Shown piece after piece: positions 46,355-55,994 of a stretch of 64,000 nt of DNA; within the stretch, counting starts at the first letter, position 1; each line of letters begins with the position of its first letter. The stretch covers positions 928,001 to 992,000 of the forward strand of contig CBDCWC010000002.1 in assembly GCA_965223295.1 (NCBI GenBank). The letters are read 5' to 3'. The notes below the pieces were generated by a model. It was not told where the DNA came from. It ran no database searches and saw only the letters and a program-made list of their open reading frames with translations. The position numbers and the translations under genes were made by a program. The DNA is from Nitrospirales bacterium. GTDB lineage: Bacteria; Nitrospirota; Nitrospiria; Nitrospirales; UBA8639.

Positions 46355-47566
46355 TCAATCAGCATGCAACACTTCGACAGGATCGATGTGGATGGCGCGG
46401 CGAGCAGGCGCGACACCGGACAACAGTCCAGTGCCAATAGCTACCAGCAATCCAATAACCAGATAATGCTCATCCAAGAATATGGGTAAACCAGGAAGGA
46501 TAAACGTTAAGATGAGAGCTCCCGCTATTCCAAGAAAGACTCCAAGAACTCCTCCCAAAACTGCAAGCATCACCGATTCAACTAGAAAAATGGAAAAAAT
46601 TTGTCGAGGCGGAGCCCCCATGGCTCGCAACAGACCAATTTCCGAGACACGTTCGCCTACCGATATCCACATCATTGTCATAATACCCAGTGCCCCCACA
46701 ACAAGTGAGATCCCAGCTATCCCCGCTGCGGCTAAGGTGACAATACGCATGATTTCATCTAACGACTCCAGCATGGCCGCCTGGGTAGTAATGCTGAAAT
46801 CTTCGGTCCCATGATGGCGATCGATTAAGATGCGTCGAACCGCTTCTACGATGCGATCTACCATATGCGCTGATTGATACGCTACATCAATCTCCATAAG
46901 TTCCGCCATGTTAAACATCCGCATGGCGTTGGCCACCGGCACATACACTGCATCATCTAAATCATAACCCAGAATTTGCCCCTTCGGAGCTAACACCCCT
47001 ACCACACGAAACCGATATCCAGCGATGCGAATAATTTCTCCCAGTGGATTTCGGTCGCCGAAGAGTTCCCGTTTCATTTTCGGACCAAGCACGGTCACCG
47101 AGGTTAGTCGATTCACATCTCCTCTGGGCAAAAATTTGCCTTGGCCAACCGTAAAATGCCACACGCCCGGCATGGCCCCTGTCACGCCAAATACATTGAC
47201 ACTCCGACCCTTTCCTTTTGCTTCCACTCGCCCTGTGCCCATCGCCATGGGCACCACATCCTGCACACCTGGGATACGCAATAAAGCCTCCGCATCCTCT
47301 AGGGTGAGTTGATGCGTCGTCCCACCTAAGATGCCGGGGATGCCCAGCGTCTTCGTTTTTCCTGGGTTGACCGCCAAAATATTCGTACCAAATTGAGTAA
47401 ATTGAGCTAAGACAAAATAACGTGTGCCTTCTCCAATGGCGGTTAACAGAACAACTGCAGCCACTCCGATGGCGATGCCTATAAGAGAAAGAATAGACCG
47501 GAGCCGATGTGCCCACACCGCTCCGCCTGCAAATCGTATAAGATCAGTAACGTTCATCGTTATCAC
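46355..47566 (-). CDS. MacB/FtsX-family ABC transporter permease
   Basis: LRSILSLIGIAIGVAAV, ERVSEIGLLRAMGA and PARRA motifs. Confidence 0.9.
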   Translation of the reverse strand: MITMNVTDLIRFAGGAVWAHRLRSILSLIGIAIGVAAVVLLTAIGEGTRYFVLAQFTQFGTNILAVNPGKTKTLGIPGILGGTTHQLTLEDAEALLRIPGVQDVVPMAMGTGRVEAKGKGRSVNVFGVTGAMPGVWHFTVGQGKFLPRGDVNRLTSVTVLGPKMKRELFGDRNPLGEIIRIAGYRFRVVGVLAPKGQILGYDLDDAVYVPVANAMRMFNMAELMEIDVAYQSAHMVDRIVEAVRRILIDRHHGTEDFSITTQAAMLESLDEIMRIVTLAAAGIAGISLVVGALGIMTMMWISVGERVSEIGLLRAMGAPPRQIFSIFLVESVMLAVLGGVLGVFLGIAGALILTFILPGLPIFLDEHYLVIGLLVAIGTGLLSGVAPARRAIHIDPVEVLHAD

Positions 47567-47567
47567 A

Positions 47568-48767
47568 TCACCGTCGTTGCAAAGCTAGTATCGGATCAAG
47601 CTTCGCCGCCCGTCGAGCAGGGACCACTCCGAAGATTCCCCCTAAGATCATCGCCATCCCTAAGGCACCCCCGACGGCCCATACCGGAGGAGAAGCTGGG
47701 ATATCCGGATACCACCACGTCAAGACATGCACGCCGCTTAACCCAATTGCAAGCCCAACGATTCCTCCAAGTCCTGCTAACATCACGGCTTCCACCAGAA
47801 AGACGCCTAAAATATTTCTACGCGTCGCCCCTAGAGCTCGGAGTAAACCAATCTCTTCTCTTCGCTCCGATACTGTGACCAGCATCACATTCATGATGCC
47901 AATTCCTGCAACGGTCAAAGAAATAGCTCCAATGGCCACTAGCACTAAGGTCAGCGTCTGTAAGATCGACGAGAATGTGGAAATAACCGATTGTTGCGTA
48001 ATACAGGTGACATCTTCTTCATCATGTCGTTCACGCAGAACGGCAAGGACTTGATTGCAGGCATCATCTAAATCTTTTGGGGAACGCACCTTCACAATGA
48101 TTCGGAAAAGAGACGTTCGGTTAAACATCTTCATGCCCGTCGCGACGGGAACAATAACCACCTCATCCATCTTGAATCCCAATTGCTTGCCAATCTCATC
48201 CAGCACACCAATCACACGCATTCGCCATTCGCCGACTCGAATCACTTGTCCCACGGCATGTTGTCCAGGAAATAACTCACGCGCCACCATGTACCCAATG
48301 ACCGCAACAGGGGAGCCCCGTTCGACATCAGTTGGAGGGAGAAACTGTCCTTGAGCCACCTGTAGCTCGCGTGCCTGCAAAAATTCTGGAACACTCCCGA
48401 TAACAGCCACCTGTCGCCGACGTTCACCAAAGCTCACCGTTTCGGTTCCCATTGAGACGGGCACTATATATTGAGCGGAATGAATCGTTCGTCGAAGGGC
48501 TAACAAGTCCTGTAAGGTCAAATCATGCGGGACACCCCCCATCCCTGGGATCGTGCCCGTGGTTTCTGTTTTTCCTGGAAGAACTGTCAACAGGTTACTG
48601 CCGATTGAGGTAAATTCTTGAATGACATAATGCCGAGCCCCTTCCCCTAGTGCCGTTAAGGCCACGACTGCCGCCACGCCCACGGCCACACCTATCACGC
48701 TAAGCGTTGTCCGCAACCGATGGCCGGCTATGGCCGACCAGGCTAGGAACAACAGATCCAACAGCAT
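47568..48767 (-). CDS. MacB/FtsX-family ABC transporter permease
   Basis: GIGIMNVMLVTVSERREEIGLLRALGA and PARRAAKLDP motifs. Confidence 0.9.
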   Translation of the reverse strand: MLLDLLFLAWSAIAGHRLRTTLSVIGVAVGVAAVVALTALGEGARHYVIQEFTSIGSNLLTVLPGKTETTGTIPGMGGVPHDLTLQDLLALRRTIHSAQYIVPVSMGTETVSFGERRRQVAVIGSVPEFLQARELQVAQGQFLPPTDVERGSPVAVIGYMVARELFPGQHAVGQVIRVGEWRMRVIGVLDEIGKQLGFKMDEVVIVPVATGMKMFNRTSLFRIIVKVRSPKDLDDACNQVLAVLRERHDEEDVTCITQQSVISTFSSILQTLTLVLVAIGAISLTVAGIGIMNVMLVTVSERREEIGLLRALGATRRNILGVFLVEAVMLAGLGGIVGLAIGLSGVHVLTWWYPDIPASPPVWAVGGALGMAMILGGIFGVVPARRAAKLDPILALQRR

Positions 48768-48803
48768 GAAGGATTCCTCATCATGTTTTATGTACAAATT
48801 GTT

Positions 48804-49511
48804 CTAGGAAAAAGGCATGGAGCCAGGAGACATATCTTCACCATTAAACCGTTTCACAATTTGACCGTCGGCCAATACCAGAACTCGATTGGCCCGTCGT
48901 GCGAGATCAGCATCGTGCGTCACCACAATCATCGTCAACCCCTTGGCATTCAGTGCTTCTAGGAGGTCCATAATTTGATGCCCAGAATGTGTGTCTAAAT
49001 TTCCCGTGGGTTCATCCGCCAGCAAGAGTGAGGGTTGCATAATCATAGCTCTGGCAATCACCACCCGCTGGCGCTGTCCCACCGATAACTGATTGGGCCG
49101 ATGATGGATCCGATCGGACAACCCCACCGAATCAAGGGCGTCCCTGGCACGTTGTTGTCGTTCTGATGAGGGAATGCCCGCAAACACCATGGGCAATGCC
49201 ACATTCCCTAGAGCCGTCAACCGGGGGACAAGATGAAAGGATTGAAAGATAAAGCCAATCTGTTGTTGACGAACATGACTGAGGGCCAGATCATCCAACT
49301 GGCTGACGTCTTTGCCATTGAACAGATAGGCACCTTCACTAGGACGGAGTAAACACCCAATGATGTTGAGTAAGGTCGACTTACCGGATCCAGATGGCCC
49401 GATAATAGCCACATACTCTCCGGCTTGAATCTGCTCATTGGCATCCCGAAGGGCAAAGATGGGTTGCCCTCCAACCTCGTAGCATTTGACAATATGTTGA
49501 AGTTCTATCAC
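48804..49511 (-). CDS. ABC transporter ATP-binding protein (LolD/MacB type)
   Basis: GPSGSGKS, signature LSVGQ, ADEPTGNLD and VTHD motifs. Confidence 0.93.
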   Translation of the reverse strand: MIELQHIVKCYEVGGQPIFALRDANEQIQAGEYVAIIGPSGSGKSTLLNIIGCLLRPSEGAYLFNGKDVSQLDDLALSHVRQQQIGFIFQSFHLVPRLTALGNVALPMVFAGIPSSERQQRARDALDSVGLSDRIHHRPNQLSVGQRQRVVIARAMIMQPSLLLADEPTGNLDTHSGHQIMDLLEALNAKGLTMIVVTHDADLARRANRVLVLADGQIVKRFNGEDMSPGSMPFS

Positions 49512-50665
49512 CGCTTGTCAGGGAAGGAACGCACCACAACCGGAAGACCCTCTTCCAATCCTTCTTGATCTAATGACGTCACCACCTGATCATGTTCAGA
49601 AAGTCCACTCAGAACTTCCACAAAATCCCAATTCCTCATACCGATTTTCACAGATCGAATGGCAAGCCTGTCGTTCTCAACCACAAAAACCTTCTGGCCT
49701 TCAAACAAGGTAGAGGGTGGAACACGAAGAACGTTCTTCTTCACCGCCAGAATAACTTCCACATCGGCCGATGTCCCTGGCAGCAAGGCGGACGCAAACG
49801 CTGCATCGTTGAGTTCCACTTCTATTTCCACCGTACGATTCTGTTCCTCCACATCCAAGACATAAGGCGCAAGGTGCTGCACGTGCCCGTCATAATGCTG
49901 ACCCGGAAACGCATCGAGGGTCACTCGTACAGGTTGTTCCTTGTGAATTTTGGATGAATCAACCTCATCCATGGGCGCACTAATATAAATAGAGGAAGGA
50001 TCGATTAAATCCAAAACAGGTGGAACAGGCAACGCCGGAGGCGAAGGAGTCGTCCATTCCCCTACTTCAACATCTAACTCTGCAATGACCCCATCAAACG
50101 GCGCAGTCAAGATCGTTTTGGACAACTCTGCATTGGCTTCATGAATGGCTGAACGCGCACGAGCAATTTCCGCATGGGATTGTTTGCAGGAAACTTTAGT
50201 GGTCTGTGCTAGATTTTCGTATTTATCCAAAAAATCAGTGGAGACTAAATCACGCTCCTTCAATTGCTGATAGCGAAGATACTCTCGTTCTGAGCGCGCG
50301 GCTTCCAAACAAGCCCGTTCTTTCTTCACCTCCACAACTGCCAATTCTTGCTTGGCCATCTGAACGGCGGCTCGTTGAGAATTATCGTGCACGCGAAGGA
50401 GCACATCACCGGCGTGCACGCGCGCACCTTTTCTATGGGGAATCTCCGCAATTCGCCCTCCAATCTCCGGAGATAACTTAGCTCGTTGCCGAGCCTTTAC
50501 CGTTCCCGCGCGTGAATTGGTAACGGTCTCTTCAACGGTTCCCCGTTCCACCGAGATCACCGACACTGACGTTGGGCTTGGCGTCAATAACCAAATTTTT
50601 AGAAAAACTCCTATCCCTACGAGACCAAGAATACTGGCCACCCTTATTATCCAATGTTTCATCAC
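49508..50665 (-). CDS. Efflux periplasmic adaptor (MacA/HlyD family)
   Basis: N-terminal anchor, lipoyl-like halves, APFDGVI motif and coiled coil. Confidence 0.9.
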   Translation of the reverse strand: MMKHWIIRVASILGLVGIGVFLKIWLLTPSPTSVSVISVERGTVEETVTNSRAGTVKARQRAKLSPEIGGRIAEIPHRKGARVHAGDVLLRVHDNSQRAAVQMAKQELAVVEVKKERACLEAARSEREYLRYQQLKERDLVSTDFLDKYENLAQTTKVSCKQSHAEIARARSAIHEANAELSKTILTAPFDGVIAELDVEVGEWTTPSPPALPVPPVLDLIDPSSIYISAPMDEVDSSKIHKEQPVRVTLDAFPGQHYDGHVQHLAPYVLDVEEQNRTVEIEVELNDAAFASALLPGTSADVEVILAVKKNVLRVPPSTLFEGQKVFVVENDRLAIRSVKIGMRNWDFVEVLSGLSEHDQVVTSLDQEGLEEGLPVVVRSFPDKR

Positions 50666-50732
50666 AACAGTTTATCAGATCACAAAATAGTGCCAAAAAA
50701 TAAATGGTGATTTATATCAAGAAAGTCGCGCC

Positions 50733-50802
50733 GCCATTCCCGTGCAAACGAAAATCCAGAGTTCCATCTGCTTTTCTGGATACCCGCGTCCGCGGGTATG
50801 AC
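50733..50802. repeat. Degenerate inverted REP pair (ATTCCCG..AATCCAG / CTGGAT..GCGGG.ATGAC)
   Basis: CCATTCCCGTGCAAACGAAAATCCAG and CTGGATACCCGCGTCCGCGGGTATGAC; related to the copy at 63944. Confidence 0.65.
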
Positions 50803-50804
50803 AA

Positions 50805-51041
50805 GGGGCTGTTGAATAATGATGATATCAACAGCTAAATTTCGTCTCTGCGACGTCACATGTCAAAGGCCTCGGGTCTGTTCAAAAAAGCATGCTCTAG
50901 GTTTGTCGAAAGGTCCGTCCAGTCCCACCCTGAGCTGGTCGAAGGGAAGGCCGCAGCCATTTTTGCGCGCGGAGCGTACGGGTCCTACGTGAGCACGGAA
51001 AATGGGAGAGAATGCCGGCGGCGGCTTTTTTCAACAGACCC
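50805..51041 (+). mobile_element. MITE-like repeat, copy 4, with GACAA target duplication and two nested REP-like inserts
   Basis: GGGGCTGTTGAA..TTCAACAGACCC flanked by GACAA at 50800-50804 and 51042-51046. Confidence 0.85.
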
Positions 51042-51100
51042 GACAAAGAAAAGAGGAATGCAACACAAAGGCACACTCACCTAATCACATGGATCCTGAT

Positions 51101-51138
51101 AAAAAAATCCCCCAAGGATCAGTGAGACCCTTGAGGGA
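51101..51138 (-). terminator. Intrinsic terminator of the DEAD-box helicase gene
   Basis: Minus strand TCCCTCAAGG..CCTTGGGGGA followed by T7. Confidence 0.75.
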
Positions 51139-51166
51139 AATTCATTCACAATCTGAAACATCAACT

Positions 51167-52462
51167 CTAAAACGTATACGACGACGCTCGAGGCCGACGA
51201 CCCGTATCATTTCGCCGATGCCGGTCAGACTGCGGCCTCCTCGGACCATTGCCATAACCGGGTCTGCCTTGTGGACCTCTGCTATTACCATAGCCAGAAC
51301 GTGGGGCACGAGTTGCCGCATGACTGGCAATTGGAGCCCGACTACCTGGAGCACGGGGCACAGTTTTTCCTAAAAGCTTCTCAATCATCCGCAACGATCG
51401 ATGATCGTCTCCGGTGACAAAACTCGTGGCCGATCCAATGGCCTTATTTCGTGCCGTTCGGCCGATACGATGCACATAGTCTTCCGGCACACTTGGTAAA
51501 TCATAATTAATGACATGACGAATATTATCCACATCCAATCCACGGGCGGCGATATCTGTGGCCACTAACACTTCAAAGCGTCCACGACGAAATCCCTCAA
51601 GAGCCGCTCGGCGCTGTGGAAGCCGACGCCCCGCATGTAACACTCCAGTGCGACACCCGACCTTTTCTAAGGTTTCGCCAATCCGATCTGCACGATGTTT
51701 GGTCCGAGTAAACACCAATACCGAGCCCTCAGTCTCTTTCAAAATTTTGAGTAAAAGAGACGTTTTCTCAGAATTATTGATGTGATGCACCGTATGCGTC
51801 ACGCCTTCAGCTACCGTCGCAGATTTTGCAACTAAGGCTTTGACAGGATTGTTCAACGACATACGGGCTAGATCATCTAAATTATCTGGCATGGTGGCAG
51901 AAAAAAGTAGGGTCTGACGTTTATCCGGTAAGGCTTCAATGATTTGATTCAATTGAGGCGCAAACCCCATATCCAACATACGATCAGCTTCATCTAACAC
52001 CACAATACTGAGATGAGAAAACAAAATGGTCCCTTGCCACATGTGGTCTAATAATCGCCCGGGCGTGGCAATAATGATATCAGGACGCTGGCGTAACCCA
52101 CGGACTTGCGCCTGCATATCGGCGCCCCCCACGACCGTGGTAGAAAAAATTCTGGATGACCGACCAAGTTTATCTACGGTTCCTTGTATTTGAAAAGCTA
52201 ATTCTCTGGTGGGCGCTAAAATAAGCGCACGAGGCCTTCCTTTAGAGCCAGCAGCCAGCCGTTCAATGATTGGAACGACGAAGGCTGCTGTTTTACCAGT
52301 GCCCGTTTGTGCACATCCCAGCACATCATGCCCTTCTAAGGCTGGGGGAATGGCTTTGGTTTGAATGGGGGTTGGCTCTTTTAATCCAGCCCGATCGAGA
52401 GTTTGAACGACACGCTCAGATACACCAAGCGCACCAAACTGAGACAACACAGTTGCAGACAT
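51167..52462 (-). CDS. DEAD-box RNA helicase (RhlE-like)
   Basis: Q motif, AQTGTGKT, PTRELA, TPGR, DEAD, SAT, ARGLD and HRIGRT motifs; basic tail. Confidence 0.95.
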   Translation of the reverse strand: MSATVLSQFGALGVSERVVQTLDRAGLKEPTPIQTKAIPPALEGHDVLGCAQTGTGKTAAFVVPIIERLAAGSKGRPRALILAPTRELAFQIQGTVDKLGRSSRIFSTTVVGGADMQAQVRGLRQRPDIIIATPGRLLDHMWQGTILFSHLSIVVLDEADRMLDMGFAPQLNQIIEALPDKRQTLLFSATMPDNLDDLARMSLNNPVKALVAKSATVAEGVTHTVHHINNSEKTSLLLKILKETEGSVLVFTRTKHRADRIGETLEKVGCRTGVLHAGRRLPQRRAALEGFRRGRFEVLVATDIAARGLDVDNIRHVINYDLPSVPEDYVHRIGRTARNKAIGSATSFVTGDDHRSLRMIEKLLGKTVPRAPGSRAPIASHAATRAPRSGYGNSRGPQGRPGYGNGPRRPQSDRHRRNDTGRRPRASSYTF

Positions 52463-52632
52463 ACTACTCTTCCTTTTGTTACAAGGATCGTATCTAGGTA
52501 TTCAGAAAACCGAGTGAAGCAGAATTGAGGTGGGAAGTCCGCTCCGAGCAGGATCTGGTCGCGATACGATCGCGAGGCCCGAAATTTCTTGAGTGCTTAC
52601 GCCGTCGGACCGAACCGGCATCAACAAAATAT

Positions 52633-52661
52633 AGAGTACAACACAATCCGAAAACTGTCAA
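52633..52661 (-). promoter_or_regulatory. Sigma-70 promoter of the DEAD-box helicase
   Basis: Minus strand TTGACA-17 bp-TACTCT, implying a leader of about 165 nt. Confidence 0.65.
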
Positions 52662-52721
52662 ATACTCGCCTAGACCATTCGCAACACTCTTGCTGACACA
52701 CACAACCGAAAGGCCTCAACC

Positions 52722-53216
52722 ATGAACAGCATTTACGACATCACATGCGAGCGTATCACTGGAGAAAGCCAGCCCCTTTCTGAGCATCAAGACAAAGTCT
52801 TGCTTATCGTAAACACCGCGTCACAATGTGGGTTTACTCCACAATTTCAAGGACTGGAAGCCCTCTACAAACAGTATCACAGCCAAGGATTCGAGGTCTT
52901 AGGGTTTCCCTGCAATCAATTTGGGAGCCAAGATCCGGGAAGTCATGAAGAGATCCACCAGTTCTGTCAAACCAATTACGGAGTCAGTTTTCCCATGTTT
53001 GCCAAAATTGAGGTGAATGGCCCCAATACCCATCCCTTATATCAATATCTCAAAAAGCATGCCCCAGGACTGATGGGGTCAGAAGCCATTAAATGGAACT
53101 TCACGAAATTTCTTGTGGATCAATCAGGCAACCTCCAAGACCGCTTTGCTCCTACGACAAAGCCAGAAGACATTGCTCCGGCCATTCAAAAACTCTTAGC
53201 CCCCAGAGTTATATGA
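52722..53216 (+). CDS. Glutathione peroxidase (Cys type)
   Basis: NTASQCGFT, GFPCNQFG and KWNFTKFL motifs. Confidence 0.95.
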   Translation: MNSIYDITCERITGESQPLSEHQDKVLLIVNTASQCGFTPQFQGLEALYKQYHSQGFEVLGFPCNQFGSQDPGSHEEIHQFCQTNYGVSFPMFAKIEVNGPNTHPLYQYLKKHAPGLMGSEAIKWNFTKFLVDQSGNLQDRFAPTTKPEDIAPAIQKLLAPRVI

Positions 53217-53411
53217 TGCATCGTGACATTGAGAAAATACCGCTATTGCCGTCACTAAAAATTTTCCATTTCATAAAAAAACAGATGCACTTTCGACATC
53301 AAACCGACTACACTATACTTCGTGATGGCCAGAAGAACACGGGCTTCAATGATCAAAATATTCAAATACACACATACACGCTTTTAACCATTCGGAAAGG
53401 GACTTGCGCTC

Positions 53412-53777
53412 ATGGCCGCTACACACACACATTATGCTGAAGGACAATCAGGAGAACTGCATGGATACTCGGGAACAAATCCCCCAGAAGGGACGAAACC
53501 TCTCGTCGAAGCTGATGGCAAGACGCTGACGCCTGATGGTCTGAAATTTTGTCAGCAACGGGGCTATCCCTCGCCCATGGTTGAAACGTTACGAGTGATC
53601 CACGACCAATATCACGCGCCAGCGGTTGGGGAAGCCATTGAAGCGGCGGCTCTCAACTCAGACCTTATGATCGAGAAACAAAACAAAACCAAAAAAATGT
53701 CCGAACGACTCCGGTTGGATTGGGAAAAACAGGATAAAGCTTTTAAAGCCAGCGTTGCCGCGGCAGCAAAAAAATAA
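53412..53777 (+). CDS. Hypothetical protein
   Basis: 121 aa ORF with GAAAGGGA RBS and protein-like composition. Confidence 0.6.
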   Translation: MAATHTHYAEGQSGELHGYSGTNPPEGTKPLVEADGKTLTPDGLKFCQQRGYPSPMVETLRVIHDQYHAPAVGEAIEAAALNSDLMIEKQNKTKKMSERLRLDWEKQDKAFKASVAAAAKK

Positions 53778-54097
53778 TCAGGGCAACACTTTCGCCTTCA
53801 TACAGAAGTCCGTCATCATACATGCACACGGAGAACGTTGATGGAAAAAAGCCGGGACTCCAAAAAGAAGCCAGCAAATCTTTAAAGGAAAAACGTGCCG
53901 AAAAAAGGCAAAGAAATAACTCCCTCAAACAACCCACCCTACTATTGAGAAGAGGCGATCCTCCTTTACTAGCGGTCACACTTCAGACAAGCTTTGAACT
54001 CTGACTCATTTCATACGGAGTCGGATAGCCGAAGACACGCCCAACTATAAAGTGGTTCCTTCTGCTGTGACTTTAAAAAACGTTCACATTCAGACGC

Positions 54098-54757
54098 ATG
54101 AACTTTTGTCTGCACATGAAGAATACGACATTAGAATTGATAGATTTAGATCGACCAGATGATGCACCAATCTCTATCGATTTTGCCTCAGGGAAAACAG
54201 CCTATCGAAGAAAATATGGTCATGCGGGTGGTGAAGCCGTTAGTAAAGCCGTTGGAATCAAAAAAGGCCATCGCCCTAATGTTGTGGATGCTACTGCTGG
54301 TTGGGGACGGGATGCATTTGTGCTCGCAACCCTGGGCTGTCATGTACATATGATTGAACGGTCTGAAGTGATCGCCAAACTCTTGGAAGATGCACTACGT
54401 CGAGCAGAAAAAGATAAGAAAATCGGCATGATCGTCAAAAACAACCTCTCGTTAACTTGGGGAGAGAGTCAGAGAGAATTGTTCCATATCCCGTTTGAAC
54501 CTGAAGTCATTTATCTCGATCCGATGTTCCCTCAAAAAGAAAAATCAGCCCTCGTCAAAAAAGACATGCGAATATTACAAGAAATCGTCGGACCAGATGA
54601 GGACGCGAACGCATTACTCAACCTCGCCCGAACAGTAGCCACCAACCGAGTCGTCGTCAAACGACCCACCTACGCCAATTTCCTAGCTGAACTCAAACCT
54701 AACACTTCAATCAAAACAAAAAAACACCGCTTCGACATCTACCTCACCAAAACCTAG
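54098..54757 (+). CDS. rsmJ: 16S rRNA m2G1516 methyltransferase (RsmJ/YhiQ family)
   Basis: VVDATAGWGRDAFVLA, IERS, YLDPMFP, RVVVKRP and RFDIY motifs. Confidence 0.88.
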   Translation: MNFCLHMKNTTLELIDLDRPDDAPISIDFASGKTAYRRKYGHAGGEAVSKAVGIKKGHRPNVVDATAGWGRDAFVLATLGCHVHMIERSEVIAKLLEDALRRAEKDKKIGMIVKNNLSLTWGESQRELFHIPFEPEVIYLDPMFPQKEKSALVKKDMRILQEIVGPDEDANALLNLARTVATNRVVVKRPTYANFLAELKPNTSIKTKKHRFDIYLTKT

Positions 54758-54781
54758 ACTTCTAGAGATATAATTAATGGG

Positions 54782-54813
54782 GTCAGACTCGAATTAATTA
54801 ATTCGAGTCTGAC
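54782..54813. repeat. Perfect 32-bp palindrome
   Basis: GTCAGACTCGAATTAATTAATTCGAGTCTGAC equals its own reverse complement. Confidence 0.9.
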
Positions 54814-54952
54814 TCCCTTAAGGATAAGGTTGGTTTTGGGGAGAATTTTCGGTATCATCACGAAATGATGCTTCCTTATTAACGTATCGCTTCAGCCGCT
54901 TCGGTTAGAAATTCTCCTCTCTCTGCTTGAAGATTAGAAAAAGAAATTCACG

Positions 54953-55930
54953 ATGAAGTCTCGTGCATTTAATAGCCATGCCCAAACGGCTCGTGAGGCT
55001 TGGAATATCCTCGAACAGCGCCGCCAAGGGGTTGAAGGGACTGACAGCATTGGCCTTGTCGTTCAGGGAGGAGGGATGCGCGGGGTCTATTCCATGGGTG
55101 CCCTCGCTGCACTTGAGGAAATGGGATTTTGTCAATGCTTTGATCATTTGGTTGGCTCATCGGCGGGAGCACTCAATGGTGCCTATTTTCTTACTGAACA
55201 AGCCAGCTATGGAGTGGAAACCTACATCCATCACTTATCAAAGAAAAGTTTTGTCAATCCATTTCGCGTCAAACGAATCGTGGATATTGACTATCTCGTG
55301 GATCAAATCGGAAAGAAGGTGCGACCACTTCATCTTGATAAACTCTTCACCTCCCCTACCACATTGCATATCTCACTCACAGATCACTCACATGCCCGTA
55401 CCCGCTGGGTCACAACCCGCACTCCTGGAATTGATATCTGGGAAGCCTTTCGTGCAACTGCGGCCATCCCGCTTCTTTATAATAAATCAGTGAAAGTCGG
55501 TGATGGCCATTATGTCGATGGTTCGATTAGCGCACGGATTCCAATCCAACATATGATGAAATTAGACTGCCGCTATATCGTTGTCATTTTGACCATGCCT
55601 CATGATCATCGTATTACCTCTACCCATTCCTTACTTCAATCGCTTACTTGGCCTGCAACTCGCCACTATAGCCCCGCACTCAAACAAGCCTTTTTTGGCG
55701 AGGATGAAGATTACAATTCCACCAAAGTTCACCTGGCGAATGAAAACCCTTACATCTTTGGAAATGCCAAACGGATCTTAGTAATCAGCCCATATCGGTC
55801 TCCCGAAATGTTTTCCACAATTACTACCAACCCTAAACAATTGTTACAGGGAGCCCTACAAGCTCGGGAAGATACCTGGCGGGCCTTTGGACAATCAGCC
55901 CCTTCAATAGCTAACCCCTTTGCGGCTTGA
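54953..55930 (+). CDS. Patatin-like phospholipase
   Basis: GGGMRG, GSSAG and YVDG motifs. Confidence 0.88.
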   Translation: MKSRAFNSHAQTAREAWNILEQRRQGVEGTDSIGLVVQGGGMRGVYSMGALAALEEMGFCQCFDHLVGSSAGALNGAYFLTEQASYGVETYIHHLSKKSFVNPFRVKRIVDIDYLVDQIGKKVRPLHLDKLFTSPTTLHISLTDHSHARTRWVTTRTPGIDIWEAFRATAAIPLLYNKSVKVGDGHYVDGSISARIPIQHMMKLDCRYIVVILTMPHDHRITSTHSLLQSLTWPATRHYSPALKQAFFGEDEDYNSTKVHLANENPYIFGNAKRILVISPYRSPEMFSTITTNPKQLLQGALQAREDTWRAFGQSAPSIANPFAA

Positions 55931-55994
55931 CTCTCATATCTTCTCTTTTTAGGGACACTGTCTTCGATCTCGACAATATTCCTTTATGCTCTAA

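Noticed and set aside
50860-51084. Short ORFs over the repeats (also 8666-8884)
   Set aside because: They are translations of the MITE/REP sequence, with no RBS or protein-like features.
52722-53216. Selenocysteine in glutathione peroxidase
   Set aside because: The active-site codon is TGT (Cys); there is no in-frame TGA.
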